DNA of 64,000 nt from Candidatus Woesearchaeota archaeon (GTDB lineage: Archaea; Nanobdellota; Nanobdellia; Woesearchaeales; JAIPIC01), in contig JAIPIC010000001.1 in NCBI GenBank assembly GCA_021734865.1, positions 4,166 through 68,165 on the forward strand, read 5' to 3'. Both the position numbers and the translations under genes were made by a program. Shown piece by piece: positions 53,201 through 56,200 of the stretch. Under the pieces are notes generated by a model. The model worked only from the letters and a program-made list of their open reading frames with translations. It made no database searches and was not told where the DNA came from. Position 1 is the first letter of the stretch; every line of letters begins with the position of its first letter.

Positions 53201-56200
53201 CAAATGCGAACAAACAAGTAAAACAAGGGATATTGCTTCAGGTACATGGGATATAACCTGCAAGGCACCTGAGATTCTATATAATCCTATACTCAATGAT
53301 CTTGAGCTTATTGTTTATCTTGACAATATAAGTTCAGATGGGATGGTTGGGAGAGGAAGTATCATTGACATAGAGGATAATGCAATTTTGTATAAGGATA
53401 TTTTGCCTCCTGTTTTCCATAATGTAAATATCTCAGTTGAGGATTTGAACACAGATAGGTTAGTCAGAGCAAATATCACTGATAATTCTCAAATCGATGA
53501 AGTCATCTCCTATCTCATGAACCCATCCGCTGAAATGGAACAGACTCAATTTACTGATGGTGACACAGTAGATTTCTTATTCAATGGAAGTCTTCAAAAT
53601 ATTACTAGTGTGCAGTTACCTGTAAATGCTACAGTAACAGGAGCAGTATTTAGAATAAATGTGTCTCCATTGGATATGGAATATTTAAGCAATATTAATA
53701 TCAGCGTAGGAGATGAAGTGATTTGGAGTCATGAAGGTTATCTTGGTAAACAATCAGAAATTCAGGCATATGAAAATGGAGAGTTTGTGGATAAATCAGA
53801 TGTTCTTGTCGAAGATCTTCAGGAACAGCTTTATCTTAAGCTTCCAAGAGGTGCCATGGTAACTGGAGTTGAATTAAATCTTACTGGAGAAACAGATCAA
53901 GAAGTCCTTGAACGCCCTGTTGGAATAAGTAGGGACAGTGATGGATATTTGTATATTGTTGATAATTACAAAAGTAAGATATTTGTCCTCAATCCGGATC
54001 TAACATACAATAGTACAATGGGAAGGTATGGAAGTGATACTGCAAGTCTGGATCATCCTGAAAATATTGATATAGACAATCTGAATCAGGTATATATTGC
54101 AGACAGGAATAATAATAGGATTCAAGTTTTAGGGTCAAGGAATGGGTCGGACCAAGTAAGTTATTTTGGAGAAGGGCAAGAATATTCTGGTAAGATGGAT
54201 TCAACAACAATAAATGTTGGTTATATTTCAAATGTTTCAGAATCCGGACTGTACGTAAGTCCAATCCATGGTGTATCTAGTTTAAGTGACTCAAAGGTAA
54301 AAGAGGGTAATACGTCATTATTGACTACTATGGATGTGATGAATAATTATGATCAGTATAATATCACTTGGTTCTTTGCTGATCAGTCCTTTGATCTTAA
54401 CTCTTATGATGAGATTAATCTATATGTATATCTAAATACTGAAGGTATAAATTTAACATTAAATATCAGCGATGTTGAGGGGTGTGTCTATAAGTATAAT
54501 GTACCTTATGTTACCGATGAATGGTCAAAAGTCTCAGTTGATCTCCTTAACTATTCAGTTGAAGGTTGTGATCTCTCAAGGATAAATGAATTGCGAATAA
54601 TTGCGCAGAGCAATACAGACAGTTTGACAAATGTCGAGTTTTACCTTGATAATGTTACATTAATTGATATCTATGATCCTTTCACCTTCAAAAGAACTCT
54701 ACTGTCTCACAATGAGACAATGAATTATCCAAGGGGCGTTCATTATGGATCCGATGGGCAAACTTATGTGGCAGACACATTTAATGATAAAATTAGAGTA
54801 TTCAACAGCAGTTCTGATGAAGCTTACACTCTGCAAAATGATATTGATCTAATGTATCTTCCTTCGGATGTCTTAACAGATAATGGACTGATATATATTG
54901 CAGAGTCAGGTAATAATAAGATAAAGGTTTATAATTATTCCAATGGTACTACGACAGAAGTAAGGTCTCTTGGACAAGAATCACCAGAAAGATACAACTT
55001 CAGCAGTCCAAGAGATATCGAAATCAGTGATGAATTACTGTACGTGCTTGATTCATATAATAATAGGGTCCAAATATTCTCATTGGACTCTGAGTTTAGT
55101 TACTACGCTTCCATTGAGCTTAATTTCTCAAGGCCTCAGGGATTGTATGTAGACGATCAATCAGTAATAATTGCAGATACATATGGCGGACGAGTGGTAA
55201 TTTTCAACAAGGTTGGCGGCGGCTATGTATATAATACTACTATTGATATGTTCGGTGAATTCTATCCTACAGGAATTAAGGTAGACATTGGATCCGATGA
55301 AGGCGAGTTCTATGGTAATTTTGTCAATCTTGAGTACTATAATCAATATTGGCTCGACAACAAAGTATCAATCAATGATAATGGGACGGTCAATGCAATA
55401 AATGCATATATTTCAGATTGTGATATGATCAGTGACACTGCAGGATATCAGTACTGCCTTGTACCAATCAATATAAGCTGTCAAACGACTGGAAAACTAA
55501 ATCTCTCTGATTTATTAGTACAATATGATTATATCAGTGAAACAAAGCAACTTAGAAACGCCTTTAATGATTATTTGTATTCTGTTAGTGGCTTAAATGA
55601 TGATTTTGTGAATGTCAATATAACTGTCAATGTCAATGGAAGCGGAATATTTGTGATAGATAGGCTGTCTCTTCAATATGCTGAAGAAAATACTGAGAAT
55701 TCATACAACTTAAATCAAGAAGACCTTTATGAATCGTCATTAATAAATCTGGATGAGTCCGGTGAATACACCTTATTGATTTATGCGACCGATGCAGCTG
55801 GACAAAAAGATTCATTCAGAAAGTGGTTTGACAATGAGAAGTTGCTGACTTTAAGTAATGAGATTGTCAGTAATTCAAACAATATATCTGTGCTAATGGA
55901 CTTCATGAGACCAAAGACAAATGAGAGTATGTATAGATTCATGGCCAATAACAGTAATGTTACCGTAAATGGGTCAATATACAATAGATCCTACAATATC
56001 CAGTTAAATATAAGCCTGCCAACAATATATAATCATGAGATTGCCATTGATGAGCAATACGTTGAGATCAAGGACGCTGAGCTTAACATTGAAATTGATA
56101 ATGAAACAAATGAGTCAATAGTCCGCGATCCTATCAAGGTTAAGGCAGTAAGCTTGAACACTCTCTACCTTCCGCTTACAATAAAGGGCTTTGAAGATGA

